The notes: a model not told the origin generated them from the letters alone. Positions 1-13,169 are shown, counted from the stretch's first letter. The stretch: 64,000 nt of DNA from Vicugna vicugna (GCA_013265495.1 MU058781.1:8165009-8229008), one strand, 5' to 3'. Program-made: numbers and translations.

Positions 1-999
1 ATTGAAGCATTCTTCCCTGCTGTGCAAGCAATATTCAGTTTGATGGCTGAATTGAAATCTGCAATGAAAAGAATCCAAGCAAATGAGCTCAGACCGCTAC
101 ACAAAGGAGGGTGCACAGGAGGGGGAAGACGAGAGGAAGGGGTGTGTGTAGGGACGATGCTATAGAAAAAGGAGGTTTTGGCTCCAACTTTGTTGCCATA
201 GGCAGAGACTCTCCATACAGTCCTGCAGTCTTCACAAAGATGGTTTTTGCTTCACCCAATAGTCATTTTTGTTAGCCCTCCATCTCCTGCCTGGGGCTGA
301 ATCCCACAGTGCACATAAAAGGCATACCAGGACTCGAGGATTCCCCATCCTGGAAACAAATCCAAAGCTGTTGCATCCTGTGGCAAAAGCACAGACCAAA
401 AAAATGCTGCCTGGTCACCCCTTCTCATTCTGTTCAGGCCACTGGACACAGCACTTGCCAGCTCCAAATTCACTTTTTGTCCAAAGACTCAATACACCTA
501 TTGAGAGGGTGTCCAGGAATGGCCTTTCTTCTGTCCCTTTCTGGTGCCTCCAGGCAGAAAGCCCAGCAGGCCCTGTTTTGTGAGCAGCAAGGGGAGGACC
601 GGGCCACGTGGGGATCCCTCCTCATCTGCATTCAGCTCTCTTGCTTTGCGTTCTTGTTCTCTGCCACAGTAGTGTCCCGTTTACCGAGATCCATCTGTGC
701 CCAGCACTGTGCTGAGTACTGACAGCAACAGGATAAAGAGAATGGGGATGTCAAGTCTTGGTAGGAGTTCCAAATAGCAACATCCAGAAATCTCACGTAG
801 AGAAAAGAGTCTAATCACCAGGTACCACCAGCAGGCATCTTTCTGAAGGGGGTCTTCTGCCTACAGTCTGTAGGGGAAGTGTTTTTGCCATCTAATTCCT
901 CCAGTATGTATAGTTGAGGATTACCTAGAATCTACTTGCTGTTTATTTGCTTGTTTGAATTTTGGACGAATTCCCTCTTTTTATTGCTTTGTATTCCCT

Positions 1000-1394
1000 C
1001 TCACCTCCTCTTTTCTCTCTGGCATCACTTCCTCCCAGTTTTCAGGGTTAAAGACACATCTTTAGCCATAGTCATATGAACATAGACAAATGTTTATAAG
1101 GATACATAAGAATTTTCCTTTTTGTATTTTTTTTTACAAAAATGGATTCATACTAGGTACATTTCCTTCTATCTTGATTTCTCTCTTTTTTTTTTAGCAA
1201 TCCCTGGTGAATGGATATAGTTCTAACTCATTCTTTTTGATAGATGCATTGTATTCCATGGTCAGGTGTACCTCAACTCATCCAATCATTTCTCCACTAA
1301 TGGTCTTTGAGGTTGCTTGTACTACAAATACTGCCACTGTGAACAGTGTTGCTGAAAATTCCTTGTTCCTATGTCCTTAAATGTTGGTATTTTT
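1000..1394 (-). mobile_element. Old L1 (L1M-type) 3' region fragment
   Basis: T-rich text with L1M antisense-like phrases (ttctaactcattctttttgata, gtattccatgg, ccaatcatttctccactaatgg); highly decayed. Confidence 0.5.
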
Positions 1395-1537
1395 CTTTCT
1401 CTTTCTGGCTTTCTTCACTTAGAATGATGATCTCCAGGTCCATCCGTGTTGCTGCAAATGGCATTACTTTATTCTTTTTTATTGCTGAGTAGTATTCCGC
1501 TGTATAAATCCACTGTAGCTTCTTTACCAGTCTTCTG
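1395..1537 (-). mobile_element. Lineage-specific L1 fragment (ORF2 C-terminus/3' UTR start)
   Basis: tctttctctttctggctt...cacttagaatga...tctccaggtccatccgtgttgctgcaaatggcatt; near-identical to 59897-60040 and to the reverse complement of 29995-30100. Confidence 0.85.
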
Positions 1538-1539
1538 CT

Positions 1540-1660
1540 ATCCCATCAGATTTTGGACTTGCCAAGCCTCCGCAGTCACATGAGGCAATTTCGTAAAAGA
1601 AATCTCTTTGTCTTTATCTCCCTCTCTCCTGTTGACCTTTTCCTCTGGAGAAGACTAACA
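1540..1660 (+). mobile_element. MLT2 (ERVL) LTR 3' fragment
   Basis: ggacttgccaagcctccgcagtcacatgaggcaatt...aatctc...tctggagaagactaaca resembles the MLT2 3' end. Confidence 0.65.
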
Positions 1661-1664
1661 CTTC

Positions 1665-1925
1665 ATGCAACTGAATACATTTATTCAACAAACTGTGATT
1701 TGTGTGCCAGGTGCTGTGCTAGTGCTGGTGACAGGAGGGTGACTCAGAGAGAGCCCCTGCCTTCAGGGAGCCTGTGAGTAAAGTGAGAGAAAAGGTAAGA
1801 AGTTGGCAGAATGAAGTGTTGCAGGTGCCACCCTCATAGTAATAGGGACCCCAAGAAGGAGCGGAAAGTTTGGTGGGTGGGATCACAGGAGTTGCCTAGA
1901 GAAAAGGACAGCTGGATTGATCTTT
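1665..1925 (-). mobile_element. L2 3' fragment
   Basis: catttattcaacaaa...tgtgccaggtgctgtgctagtgctggtgac, typical antisense L2 tail. Confidence 0.6.
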
Positions 1926-3669
1926 TGCTTCTTTTTGGTGGAAGGAGTGAGCAGCAATGGTCTGTAAGGCCCAGAACCCCTGCCTGGTGACGTGGATTCA
2001 CCTGCCCTGCTCTGTATCTACGGCCTAAGCGTCACACAAGAGCACCGCATGCTATGACGAGGGACCCACCTGCTGGGCTTCTTGTTTATCTGATAAGAGC
2101 AGTCCTGTAAATGTCAAGTGGAAGTAGAATGAATAAGTCACACTCCTTTTCTGTTTTTGTTTTCTCAAAGTTGGGGAAAATTTTTAATAACTGCTGTGTC
2201 CTTATATTTATGGAAATCCAGCTTATAATGTATTGATGCAATATTTATAAAGTTCATTTATCAGATGTATACATTTAGAAATAGTCACTAAAACTATTCA
2301 TTAATTTTTGAACAGAGACAAATGGCATACTTATTCATTATTCATTCACTTATTTACTTTAGGAAAGTTTTAAAATGAAAAAAAAAATCTACTGTTTTTC
2401 CTTTGCCATAATGTGGTACAAATCTACATGCCATACAGGATGTAAAATATACACATGGTATGTACTTTCACAGACTATTAGCTGAGACACCTTGTATCTT
2501 TATAAGAAATGCACAAGAATGTACCCAGGTCTCTACCACACACAAAAAAAAGACCATTTTGCATAAAAATCTATGTTCGGGATCGAAAATTAAAATCTTT
2601 CTCTAGATCAGGTTCAGATTATTGAGAGGGAGCTGGAATTTGAAGCAGAGTCAGAAAGTGGAAATATCTAACATGAATTGAGGCTAATAGCATTAAAATG
2701 TGGAGGGGTTTTAGACAATAGCAACAAAAATAAGATTTGGGAAGCAGAAAGCGTAAGCTGTTTGGTAGCAGGCTTTGATGCTGAACTTACAGGATGTAAA
2801 CTCTGCCCAGAACATAAAGTTAATGAGAATAAAATATTCCCTAAGCCATCCTCTGAGAGTCATCAGTGGAACAGGAGGCATAGCAGCTCCAACCAAGCCT
2901 TCCTGGAGTGTGAGATAAATCACAGATGAAATAAAATACCTGTCTGGTTTCTGGCTCCAGCAGGAGAGACAGCTCTGGATACCCCAAAAGGCCCAGCAGG
3001 CAGCAGGATGGGCAGTGCCCAAGCCCTTGCAAGCCGGAGCGTCCTTCCTTAGGCCTTGGCCCTCTCCGTCCCGTCAGGACAGGAGACGCACTGGGCATTT
3101 GTTTTGCAGAAACACACAACTTGGTCAGGAGTTCAAACTCTGAAAGAGACCCAGGCAGGCACTGGATAAGCTCTTGGCAGCCGCAGGTACTTGTCATCAT
3201 CACAGAGATTTTTTTTTTTCTTTTCTGTAAGAAGTAGGCAGTTTGGGGGGGGGTGTTTAGTGGTTTAACTTTACTCAAACTAGGTATTTCCCACAAGTCT
3301 CCAGAATGAAGTCATACTCATTAAAATACTCAAAACAAGAGATAAGAACATTTTATAACCTTTCATTCGGCCCTAAAAGGATAATCACACCAAATATATA
3401 CGCCATATGCAGATTTGTAACTTTTTGACAATGTAGATACTACAGGAAATCCTCATCTGTTTTCATTTTACAGAGTTTATTATTATTTATTTAACTTTAA
3501 AACAGTAACAGCTGATTTTAGAAGCACACGTGAAACATCTGCCTTAGCCCAGGTATTATCCTGTCTAGACTGAACACTTCATGAAGCCGGGGGCCAAGCT
3601 GAGTTTGCAAATTCAACCCCTTGCAGGGTGCTTAGGGAACACACTCACTTCAGTAGGAGGTCAGTCGGT

Positions 3670-3790
3670 GTTTATCTCATTTCACACTCTTAAGTCTTTA
3701 GGTATTTTTATCTCCATTTTATAGATAAAGAAACAAGTCCAAAACACTTAAATACAGCTCATCACATAGCTAGTCAGTAACTAGTGACAC
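3670..3790 (-). mobile_element. MIR SINE
   Basis: taggtatttttatctccattttatagataaagaaac...tcacatagctagt, antisense MIR core. Confidence 0.55.
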
Positions 3791-4929
3791 CTGTGGCAAT
3801 CTTTATTCAAAATGCCAAATCCCAAGTGAGATCAGAATCCTCACGTTAATAGTCCTCACAGTAATTCAGTCCTTCCCTTGGTGGGATTCACATCAGATCT
3901 GCACCCTGGGTGACGGTCACCACTCCGGGGGGCTGTTGCATGTTCTGTGAATACCCTCAGAAGGAGAGACACTGATGGCCCCACCAGCGTTCTCGCTGCC
4001 CTGGAACCAGTGTAGTTGCAGGGTGTTCACCCTCATGATCCTCTGAGACTTCGTCAGTATCATGTTCAAGCCCAGAAATGAGCCATACCCCTGCTGGGAA
4101 TTTTTCTGACCACTTTAAACTTCTAAGATGATTTGGGAGAAAATTAGGAGGCAATAAGGAAAAGGGCCTAGAAAAAAGTACAGATGGGAGAGGGCCAGCT
4201 CACACATGGCAGCCAAATAGCTAAGGACTGTCGCCTGCCAGATTACATGAATCCACAGAGCTCTCCTGACATTGATAAGAGCGGTGAAAACTGGACTTTG
4301 GAGGAAAGATTAAGTGGATTATTGTACCCAGGGAAGAAATGGAGGGGAAATAGCATAATAATAATAGCCTTCAGGTACCCAAGGAGATGTCTCCATTTCC
4401 ACTGACCACAAAAAAGATAGGGGGAAAAAAAAGAGATTTAAAAAGGGAAATAAATCTATGCTGAAGCAGGAGGTATTAAGATTTCCAGTAAGAAAACCTA
4501 ATTTTATCAGTGCCCCGGCGAGTCTCAAGCTGTTTGGGCTTGTCCTTCCTTTTTTTGTTTGTTTCTATAACAGAGTTTTGAAAGTCACCCAAGGGGGAAA
4601 AAGACTGGGTGACATATGTACACACACATTCAAATTAGTGGAAATTGAAATTAATTTTGTTGCCAGTGACCCAGCTAGGGTTTTACCGCCACAGTCTGGC
4701 CAATAGGGCAGGCAGGCTTGTGGCGAGAGACTTTTGAGATAAGGATGTCTCAACATATTCTTGTGCCTAAGCTAAAACACTCATGCTGGGGCTTGAGAGA
4801 CAGAAATTTCCTGTGGAAGCAGACTTCCCACTGCTTGAATGAGACTGGAGTTAGCAAGGTGTTCAGGAAAGAACCCAGACCAGGAGTGGGCAGACATGGT
4901 TTCAGTTCCCTGCTCTTCTTCTTTGCTAT

Positions 4930-5075
4930 AAGACCTTGAGCAAGTTATGTAGCTTCTCTGAGCCTCAGTCTTTCTAACTGTAAAATGGGAAGATAGTGTC
5001 AGCTTTCCTGGGATGTGAGAACGGCATGAGACCAAGCACAGAAAAAGTCAGGTGTGTAGAGGACACTCAAATATT
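4930..5075 (+). mobile_element. MIR SINE
   Basis: gaccttgagcaagtta...cttctctgagcctcagtctttctaactgtaaaatggg, MIR core. Confidence 0.75.
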
Positions 5076-6119
5076 GGCTACTTTCCCTTTCTCCTCCCCA
5101 ACCTCTATTAAGTTACCCCTGGGTAACTATGACATAAGGATGGCCTGAGTAGAAGGCAGTGTCCTCATGACCCCAGAGGCATCATTTGTCTCTTGAAAAT
5201 AGGAATGAAATACCTGGGTTCTGCTTTGCCAAGCAGGGAAAGTGAAAAAAATCATTCTTTCTTACTAAAGGCAATGATCTAATGCAAAGCATACATAATT
5301 AGAGGGCTGGTAATTAACACAGCTTTTCCAGTTCAGGCTGGGGACGCACTGACACCACAAGCTACTCACCATCCCCACCCCAAGGAGAGACAAGACAGAT
5401 CTTAAGGTTCCCACCTGGGGTATTGGAGGTGTTTGGCAGAAAATGAGTCTAGAATTTGATGTTGAACTACCTCCTTCTAAATGTCAACAATTTGCAAGGA
5501 CTACCTCCAGCAGAGTAGTTATATTTTACTCTCTGTTGATTAAGACTAAATAGTACAAAATGATTTAATAAATTTACATAATCACAGAAGCATCCACCTT
5601 CAAGAGACCATGCCTTTAACGATGGTGCGCTGGGTGTACTGGGGACAGTCATGCTGCCTCCCTTGCTGTGTAATGCAAGTATTGAAAAGACTTCTGGATT
5701 AATGGGTAGGGTGAGCTTTTTTTTAAAAAAAAATTAAATATGGTAAATTATCAGTAGATTCACAGTGATGTTAACCTGACACGAACTCAGCATCTCAACT
5801 GGGTTTCAATGTGGCTCTTACCATCAGTGTTTCTAGGCAGCCTAATTTGGTTTAGGTGTTTTATTTTTTATTTGGTTCTATAGAGAACTGTGCGGTGAAC
5901 ATATTTCTCAAAAGGAAACAGTGTTAATTCCAAGGGATTTCACACTTAACAGTAAAGCATTCTCTAGAGTACGAGATGATAAAGGAAGCTAAAAACTTTG
6001 TGTTCCTCTTTTCTTGCCACTCTGTAAAAACCCATGAGTCGTGCTTCAGGCTCTTTTCTGGACTCACAAAGCCCTGGGTGGTCTGGTCCTTGTTGGTCTT
6101 TGCCCTGCATTTCCCAGTG

Positions 6120-6645
6120 TGCCCTGCCTTGCTCTCTTCACTCTGTTCTTCTTTCATTTCCTCCTGTACACAGTGCTCCCTCCTACCTCAGGGCCTTTGC
6201 ACATGCTCTTCGCTTTATCTGGAATGCCCTTCCTTCTCCCATTTCACCCTGTTAACTCCCACTCATCCTTGAGAACTTAATTCAAAAGCATTTGTTCTCC
6301 AGGAAGATTTCTCTGACATCCCTGGTATGAAAGAAACTGTGTGTGTGTGTGTATACATGTATGCGCATGTTTCTCTGCAGGACTTGTGTATGAATAGGGT
6401 AGGGGAAAGATACAGTTTCTCCTAGTACCTATCTCTCATTTTCTTTGCACTTTTTGCTGTTTCTACTTTACATTTGTTTTGTAGTTTTTCTCTTTATGTC
6501 TCCCCTGCTCAGCTCTAACTTCCGCAAAGACAGAAACCATATCTGTATCTGTTCACTGTTGTTTCCCTAATACCTGGGAAACTGCCCCGAATGTAGGAGA
6601 ACCTCAGTAACATGAGGTACGTCATTTGTTGACTGACTGAATGCA
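6120..6645 (+). mobile_element. L2 3' region, containing a short (TG)n at about 6338-6352
   Basis: cctcagggcctttgcacatgct...ctggaatgcccttcc; tail tatctgttcactgttgtttcccta...atttgttgactgactgaatg. Confidence 0.7.
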
Positions 6646-7214
6646 TACATACATGTATATAATTATTCTCTGTATTTTAAAAATCATAACTGATTAAGGG
6701 AAAGGAAGGAAGAGGAAGATATCTTAGCATACTTAAAGGCATATGGATTAAAAAGCAGGGAATAAAAAAAATCTGTGAAGATTAAGTAAGATACCTATGA
6801 AATAAAAGTTGATTAGTTCTTGTTCCTTATATTACCTTCTTATATTGGCTTTGCAGAGACAAAGTGTGAAATTCAGCAGCACAATATACTCAAGGGGACC
6901 AGGTCAGCTGGCCAGTATTTAGAGACCTCCAAACACATTCGTTCCCCTTACAGCGAAGTGGGCAGATCTTCAGTAGTGCAGGACACAGGATGAGATTTCT
7001 AAAGCCAAAACGTGCTTCAGGAGTTAGCGTTTCCATGTTGGAATATTCCCTTCATTTAAAGTCAGTCTGGAACCAGGAGCCTTCTGGACAGATAAACTGT
7101 TGTGGATTTCGACAGCATGTCTTCATTCACCCCTGGTTTCCCCTCTTTCCAAGTTAGTGCGTCATTTTGGAAAAAGCTTCACAATAGCTTTGGAAACAAC
7201 TTTAAAATAGTATC

Positions 7215-7450
7215 TAGCGACTCCATTTATTTTATGTACACAAACAGGCAAAACCAATCTAGGCTGTCGGAAGTGAGGGCAGTGGTGACCCTTGGGGGAG
7301 GGGCCGTGACTAAAAGGGAGCGTGAAGGGTCCTGGGACGGTTCTGTGTATTGATCTGAGTACTGGTTACCCAGGTGTGTTTACTTTGTGAAAATGCATTG
7401 AACTGCCCTCAGAAGATACACCCACTTTTCTGTACATATTTTACGTTTTA
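7215..7450 (+). mobile_element. Old L1M (L1ME/MC-like) 3' end
   Basis: aaacaggcaaaaccaatcta...gaagtgagggcagtggtgacccttgggg...tgtttactttgtgaaaatgcattgaactg. Confidence 0.7.
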
Positions 7451-7819
7451 TTCTGGCTCTGTGGAAACTCTGTTGAGACTTAAAATTGCCCTGTTCCTCT
7501 CCTATGTTGGCTGTAATTTAAATACCGGTGTTTGGAAGTCAGTTTGTGCTTTTCTCCCTCCCCCTTTTTCTCCTTTCTCCTTTCTTTCCGGCTCCAACGC
7601 CACCCCTGCAGTAGCAGGTGCATGTGAACACACACACACAGACACACACACACGTATTGCAGTCACCCACTGTAGTAACCTGTGTGCAACCTGTATCCAC
7701 AACTGATCTCACTTGCTTCCAGTTCTGATTTGCCTAAACTCATACTCTGGAAAATCCTTCTGTTCTTATTAAAAGGAATTTATTGCAAAAAGTTAAGTAA
7801 CTCTCTATCTCAGCCCCTT

Positions 7820-8885
7820 AGCATCTCCTGTCACCCTGCCTGGCCCCACACACACACCCCATTCACACACAGCAGCCAAATGGACAGTTTCAAAAGTCAA
7901 ATCACTCCTGGTATGGACTAAATGTTTGTATCCGGCCCCCAGATTCGTATGTTGAAGCCCTAACCCTCGATGGGGTGCTCTCTGGAGGCGGGGCCTTTGG
8001 GAGGTCATTAGATGTAGATGAGACCATGTGGGTAGGCTTCCCATCATGGGATTAGTGTCCTTATAAGGAGAGGAAGAGAGACCAGAGCTCGCTCCGTGCA
8101 GTGTGCGGCCCCAGTAAGAAGGTAGCTGTCTGCACGCCAGGCAGAGGGTCCTCACCAGAACCCAACCCAGTCTGCACCCTGATCTCAGACTTCCAGCCTC
8201 CAGAACTGTGAGCAATAGATTTCTAGTCCTCTAAAATCACCCTTGGTACCCCTACTTTCTAAAATCTTCAACTTTCCAATTTTCTTAGAATAAAATTCAA
8301 GTCCCTTGTCACTTCCCACAGGCTCTTTGAGGCCCGACTCTTGCCTCCTGTACCTTCCTGGGGTGGCACCACCCCAACGTGGGCCTCCTCCCCCTCGTCT
8401 CCTTCCTGTTCCTCACGGGCCCCTGGGCCTTGGTCTGTGTTGCTCCTTCTGCCGGGACCTCAGAACTGCAGAGATGCCCACGCCCCGTCCTTCCAAGTGC
8501 AGCGCCACGTGTACTTCTTAGCCAGGCCTTCCTTCGCCACCCCGATGGCCAGGCTCATCCCCCAGGGCTGCCTCCTTGGCAGTGCTCAGCACTGTCTGGT
8601 ATTTGTCTTTTCTTTTTTTCAGCTTTATCGAGGTATAATTAACAAGGAGAAGCTGTGGGTGTTGTAGGTGCGCAGTTTGATGCTGATACATCTGATACTT
8701 TCCTAGCCCTTGGTTTAGCTGTGCGGCACTTGCCTCCTCTTGCTAGAATGTGGGGAGGTCTGTGAAGTTGGGGAGCTTCCTTGTCTTACCACCTCTCCGC
8801 ACCACCTCCCTCTGGCCCAGCAGGGGTTCTGGCACAGGCCGGGCACACAGCTCAAACTTACAAGTGAGGGAATGCCTGAATAAAC
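7820..8885 (+). mobile_element. L2 fragment interrupted by an MLT1 LTR and a short L1 tail (about 8610-8685)
   Basis: cacacagcagcca...tttcaaaagtcaaatca, then ttagaataaaattcaagtccctt after the LTR; tail ggcacaggccgggcacacag...gaatgcctgaataaa. Confidence 0.55.
7909..8226 (+). mobile_element. MaLR solo LTR (MLT1A-like), 3'-truncated
   Basis: tggtatggactaaatgtttgt...gattcgtatgttgaagccctaacc...gggcctttgggaggt...gattagtgtccttataag...gacttccagcctccagaactgtgag. Confidence 0.85.
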
Positions 8886-9819
8886 TTCAAACCGCGTTTT
8901 ATTCTTTCCTCGTCATCAAGTCCCCACCCTGTACCCAGTTTCTTATCTGACATCTCCACATCTGGGTCTCTGCCCTAAATGTCTACCTTGTACCCTGTTC
9001 TCTCCTGCCTGGTCCTTGCCTCACTCCCGTAGGCCCCGCCCAGGCGGCCCTCCCATCTGCTAACTCCTGCCCGCTCCGCACTTCCTGGGCTTTACCGCAC
9101 CCACCCCGGCCCACCCCTTCCCAACGCCCACCACCTGCCCATACAGCCACATGCCACCTGCCTCCGGATTCCTGCACAGCCGGCCCCGCCCGCCGGCCCT
9201 CACACTGGCTCCCCGCAGCCTGGCACTGGGGCTGTGGCCAACACTTTGGCCAGCAGAGTCCTGATCCTGCTGCTCAAAGGGCTCGGAGCTCCAAGTCAGC
9301 CACTTCCATCTGCTGCATGTCACTCCGCCAGCTTCCTCTTCCCCACTGTCACTCCCTGCACTGAAGTCCCAGACCAGGCAGTAACCTCCCAACCAGCCTG
9401 ACTTGTCCTGTCTCCACTCCTCAGCGGCTCATTGGGTTACCTTCATAACTAGGAAAACCAGCCAGGAAAACATGTATGGAGCACATTTTTTGTGTAATAT
9501 ACACTGTCAGACACTCGAAAGGGTACCACCTTTGGATGGTACCAGAGATGACTCCTCACCCCTCGGGGCTCACGGCCTAGTGGGGGCTGATGAAACAAGT
9601 GTGCGAGGAGCTGATTTGCAAGCAAAATGCGGTGAATGCCCTGAGGGGGGATGTCAGTGATACCTGAAAACATGATTGAAAAAAAAATGAAGATGAGTAA
9701 ACCGGAGACTGGGAAGGAGTCTCAGAGACTAGAGAGGATGAGCATTAGGCTGTGAGCCCCGGTCGTCCCACTGGCCCCGTGGCGCCAGGCCCTAAGCAGA
9801 TTTCCTTGCCCCAAGCAGA

Positions 9820-9990
9820 TGCTCAGTTAATACACATAGAATGAACAGTTGACTCTGGTACAACTCCTGTTATTCTATAGAAGCGGAAACTGAGGTCCCC
9901 AAAAGTAAAACGACTTGTTAAAATGTCATAAAACTGATTAGTGTTTGACCAAAGCCCAGATCTGTCCTCCAGCCAGGGCTCTTCCATCTG
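9820..9990 (-). mobile_element. MIR SINE
   Basis: ttattctatagaagcggaaactgaggtc...gacttgttaaaatgtcata...aagcccagatctgtc. Confidence 0.55.
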
Positions 9991-10435
9991 CACAGTTAAC
10001 CTCAACCTTTCTCTTCTCGAGCTAATGGGGACAATTTATTTTACCTTTCCTTTCCATGTCATATTTATATCCTCTTAAACATCTTCTGTAAGAGGAGAGC
10101 AGGTTAGGCAATACTTGGTGCTCAAAATAACCTTTCCCCATGTTCAAAGAGTTGGTTATAAGAGCGCCAGGCACCATGGTCTCCCTTAGCTTGCTGCCTG
10201 TGTGCTTGATTATTAAGTATTTAAAAAAAAAAAAAAAAAGACAACGGCACATGTTGCCACCTGGCTGGAAAGAACGTACACACTCTGCTGTTTTCCTGTT
10301 GACTTTTTTCCTCTTGGCATGGTGTCATGAACTAAAATATGGCATTTTGCCAAAAGAACTCTGTATCTCTGTAATATACTCCGTAATCTGCATATTGTGA
10401 GCATTCAGAGCACACACATAAATATGGCTATGTGG

Positions 10436-11117
10436 GGTTTATTTTTATTGTGGTAAAATATACATAAAAGGTACAATTCAGAGGCATTTAAACACATTGT
10501 CAGTGTTGTACAACCATCACTGCCATGCAGCTCCAGGACTTTTTCATCTTCCCAAACAGAAACTCTACCTACTAAACACTAACTCCCCGTTCCCTCTTCC
10601 CAAGTCCCCGGCTACCACCATTCCACCTTCTCCCTCGTGAGTTTGACTACTCTAGGTACCTCATACAATATTAGTCCTTCATGCATAGCTTGTTTCATTT
10701 AACATAATGTTCTTAAGGTTCATCCATGTTGTAGTGTGTGTCAGAATTCCCTTCATTTTCATAGCTGAATGGTATTCCATTGTATGTATAGACCACGTTT
10801 TGTTTACCCATACACCTGCGGATGGACACGTGGGTGGCCATGAATATTGAAATACAAGTATCCGTTTGAGCCCCTGCTTTCAATTCGTTTGGGCGAAATT
10901 GCTGGGTCATACGGTAATTCGATGTTTAACTTTTTGAGGAACCACCACCTGACTTCCCACAGCAGCTGCACCATTTTACATTCCCACCAGAAAGGTGCAA
11001 AGCTCCACTGTGTCTGCACCTCCCCAACACTGGCCATGTTCCCTTTTGCTTGGGATTTCTTTTTGGTTTTTTCTTTTTGATAATTACTACCCTAATAGGT
11101 GTGAAGTGGTATCTCAT
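10436..11117 (-). mobile_element. L1 (L1MB-like) 3' end with ORF2 C-terminal remnant
   Basis: Starts with the T-rich tail ttttattgtggtaaaatatacata; ORF track peptides MRYHFTP, WWECKMVQ..WWFLKKLNIELPYDPAI match the L1 ORF2 C-terminus. Confidence 0.88.
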
Positions 11118-11131
11118 TAAAAGATTTTGAC

Positions 11132-11176
11132 TGTGTGTGTGTGTGTGTATGTATATGTATGTGCGCGCGCACGCAT
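11132..11176. repeat. Compound (TG)n/(TA)/(CG)n microsatellite
   Basis: 45 bp of uninterrupted purine/pyrimidine alternation. Confidence 0.9.
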
Positions 11177-12179
11177 TTTACTAAAGATAGAAAGAGAGTA
11201 GCTTCCTCTCTCGGGGCTGGAAAAGACCTCTGGCAGCAGATCCTGAGCCCCGTGCTTTCGGTAAGCCCCGGACATCAGTTCCCAGAGGGAGGACATAACT
11301 CTTGATTTTGGCCCAGAGGCTGTGAGCAAGTTCACGAGAGTTTACAGAAGCACGTTAGGCTGAGAAGCTGGCATCTTTCCATCTCTTTTCAAAGTCACTT
11401 CCTCAAGATTCTTCAGGAGGGAGAGGGAGTGGGGTGCAGGGAAGAGGAGACAAAGGATGAGGATCGTACATCAGAGCCCAGTACGGCCAAGCAGAGGGTC
11501 ACACGGGCCCACAGGACCTTTCTTAGGACGAGGGATTGGGCTCCTCTCACTGAGTTGCCAAAGCCAATTATAGGGCCTTCAGGGTCCAGCTCAGACTCAA
11601 AGATAGAATCAGCTTCTAACAGGGGAGATATCAAGAATCCGGGCAAGGTTACTGGGGAGGTCAAAACCTCAGAGGTTAGGATCTGGATTAAAGTGGAGGC
11701 AAAACAACAGGAAACAAGGTCAAAAAACCAGAAGGCCCAATTTGAGCTTCTAAATTGGGATCAGTTACACAGGAAATCAGAGGCAGAAAAAATTGAGGAG
11801 GCAGTAGAGCTCAAGGTCACTGCCTAAGACCTGTTAGGTGCACAGAAGCAGATTTCCAAGATTGTGGGGTCCACCAACATCCCTGGCTATGCCTGGGGGC
11901 ATGTCTTCTTCCACCCAAATGACAGCCACTCCTGTGGGCCCACCTACTGTCCTCCTGGAGGTCGGTAGTACCCTCGAGGTCTTTCCAAGGAGCTGTAAAG
12001 CAAACCATAGTGTTTATTTCCCATTTCTTTAGTGGAGTGAGCAGAGCAAATATAAAAGTTAAGAGTTCTGCCCTGACCCAAAATGGACCTGCCACCAAAC
12101 ACAAGGAGAAAGATGTTAAGACTGGTTATAGGAAGCAATGGATCCTAGAGAAAAGTTAGTAAAGATTTTGGAGACTTTG

Positions 12180-12728
12180 GGTGGTAGGTGGGATTCTAAG
12201 ATGGCCCCCACGATGCCCGCCTCCTGATGTGCATGTAGAATCCTCTCCCCTTGAGCATGAGTGCAGCCAAGGAACACGATGGGCTGTCACCCCAGTACAA
12301 AAGGAGGATTGTCCTGGGTGGGCCTGACCTAATCGGGATGGGGGGGGCTTTAAAAGAAGGTGAAGCCTCAGAGAGAGATTCTCCTGCTGGCTCGGAAGAA
12401 GGTGAACACCACAATGTGAACTGCCTCTGGGGCCACATGGCAAGGTGGTACAGGCAGCTTCAGAGCTGAGAACTGCCCTGCTGAGAGCCAGGGAGGAAAC
12501 AGGAACCTCAGCCTCAGTCTGCAAGGAGGTGAATTCTGCCCACAACCTGCAAGTGCTTGGAGGATGTCCCAAGCCCCAGATGAGGTCACAGCCCCTGCCG
12601 ACACCTTGATGTCAGCCTGTGAGACCCCAAGCAGAGGACCCCGCTAACCCACGCCTGGGCTTCTGACCCAGAGAAACCAGAGTCAGAATCTGTGGAAACC
12701 TGTTAAGCAGCAATAAAAAATGAATACA
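12180..12728 (+). mobile_element. MaLR solo LTR (MLT1E/F-like)
   Basis: gtggtaggtgggattctaagatggcccc...gggcctgacctaatc...ctgcaaggaggtgaattctgcccacaacc...gacaccttgat...gcagcaataaaaaatgaataca. Confidence 0.85.
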
Positions 12729-13169
12729 CCTTGCCTCCTGGGTGGAGGACATAAGCAGTAGGTATAATCTGAACCTTGAGCATCTTTGGCTTGTTCTCTG
12801 TGATGTGGAACAATAGATCAATACTCACGTCATAGACTCATAGATCCGCGTGAGACCTCAGAGAGCACCTCTCCAACCCTCAACAAGGCTTAAGTGACTG
12901 GCTCAAGGCCACGCTGCTAATTAGTGGCAAATACAGTTGTCAGACTTCAATGTGCCCTTACCTGGTCATAATTCTGCTGTAAAATGGATCAAGGATGCAG
13001 AATATTAGAAACCACAGGAGTCTTCAACCTCTTGTTGAAGCCTCTCTGAGGCTTCTGAGATTCCAGGGAATTTGCAATGTTCTTTCTGATTCACAAAGCC
13101 CTGTCAGAGTGGCAGGTGCAGCCACATACCTGCCCTTCCAAATAGAAGTCAGCAGCGTGTGCCAAAAAC

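Noticed and set aside
11429..11827. 132-aa Lys/Glu-rich ORF
   Set aside because: Starts at GTG, has no recognisable domain or clear splice context; purine-rich sequence, possibly an ancient LTR-like repeat that I cannot name
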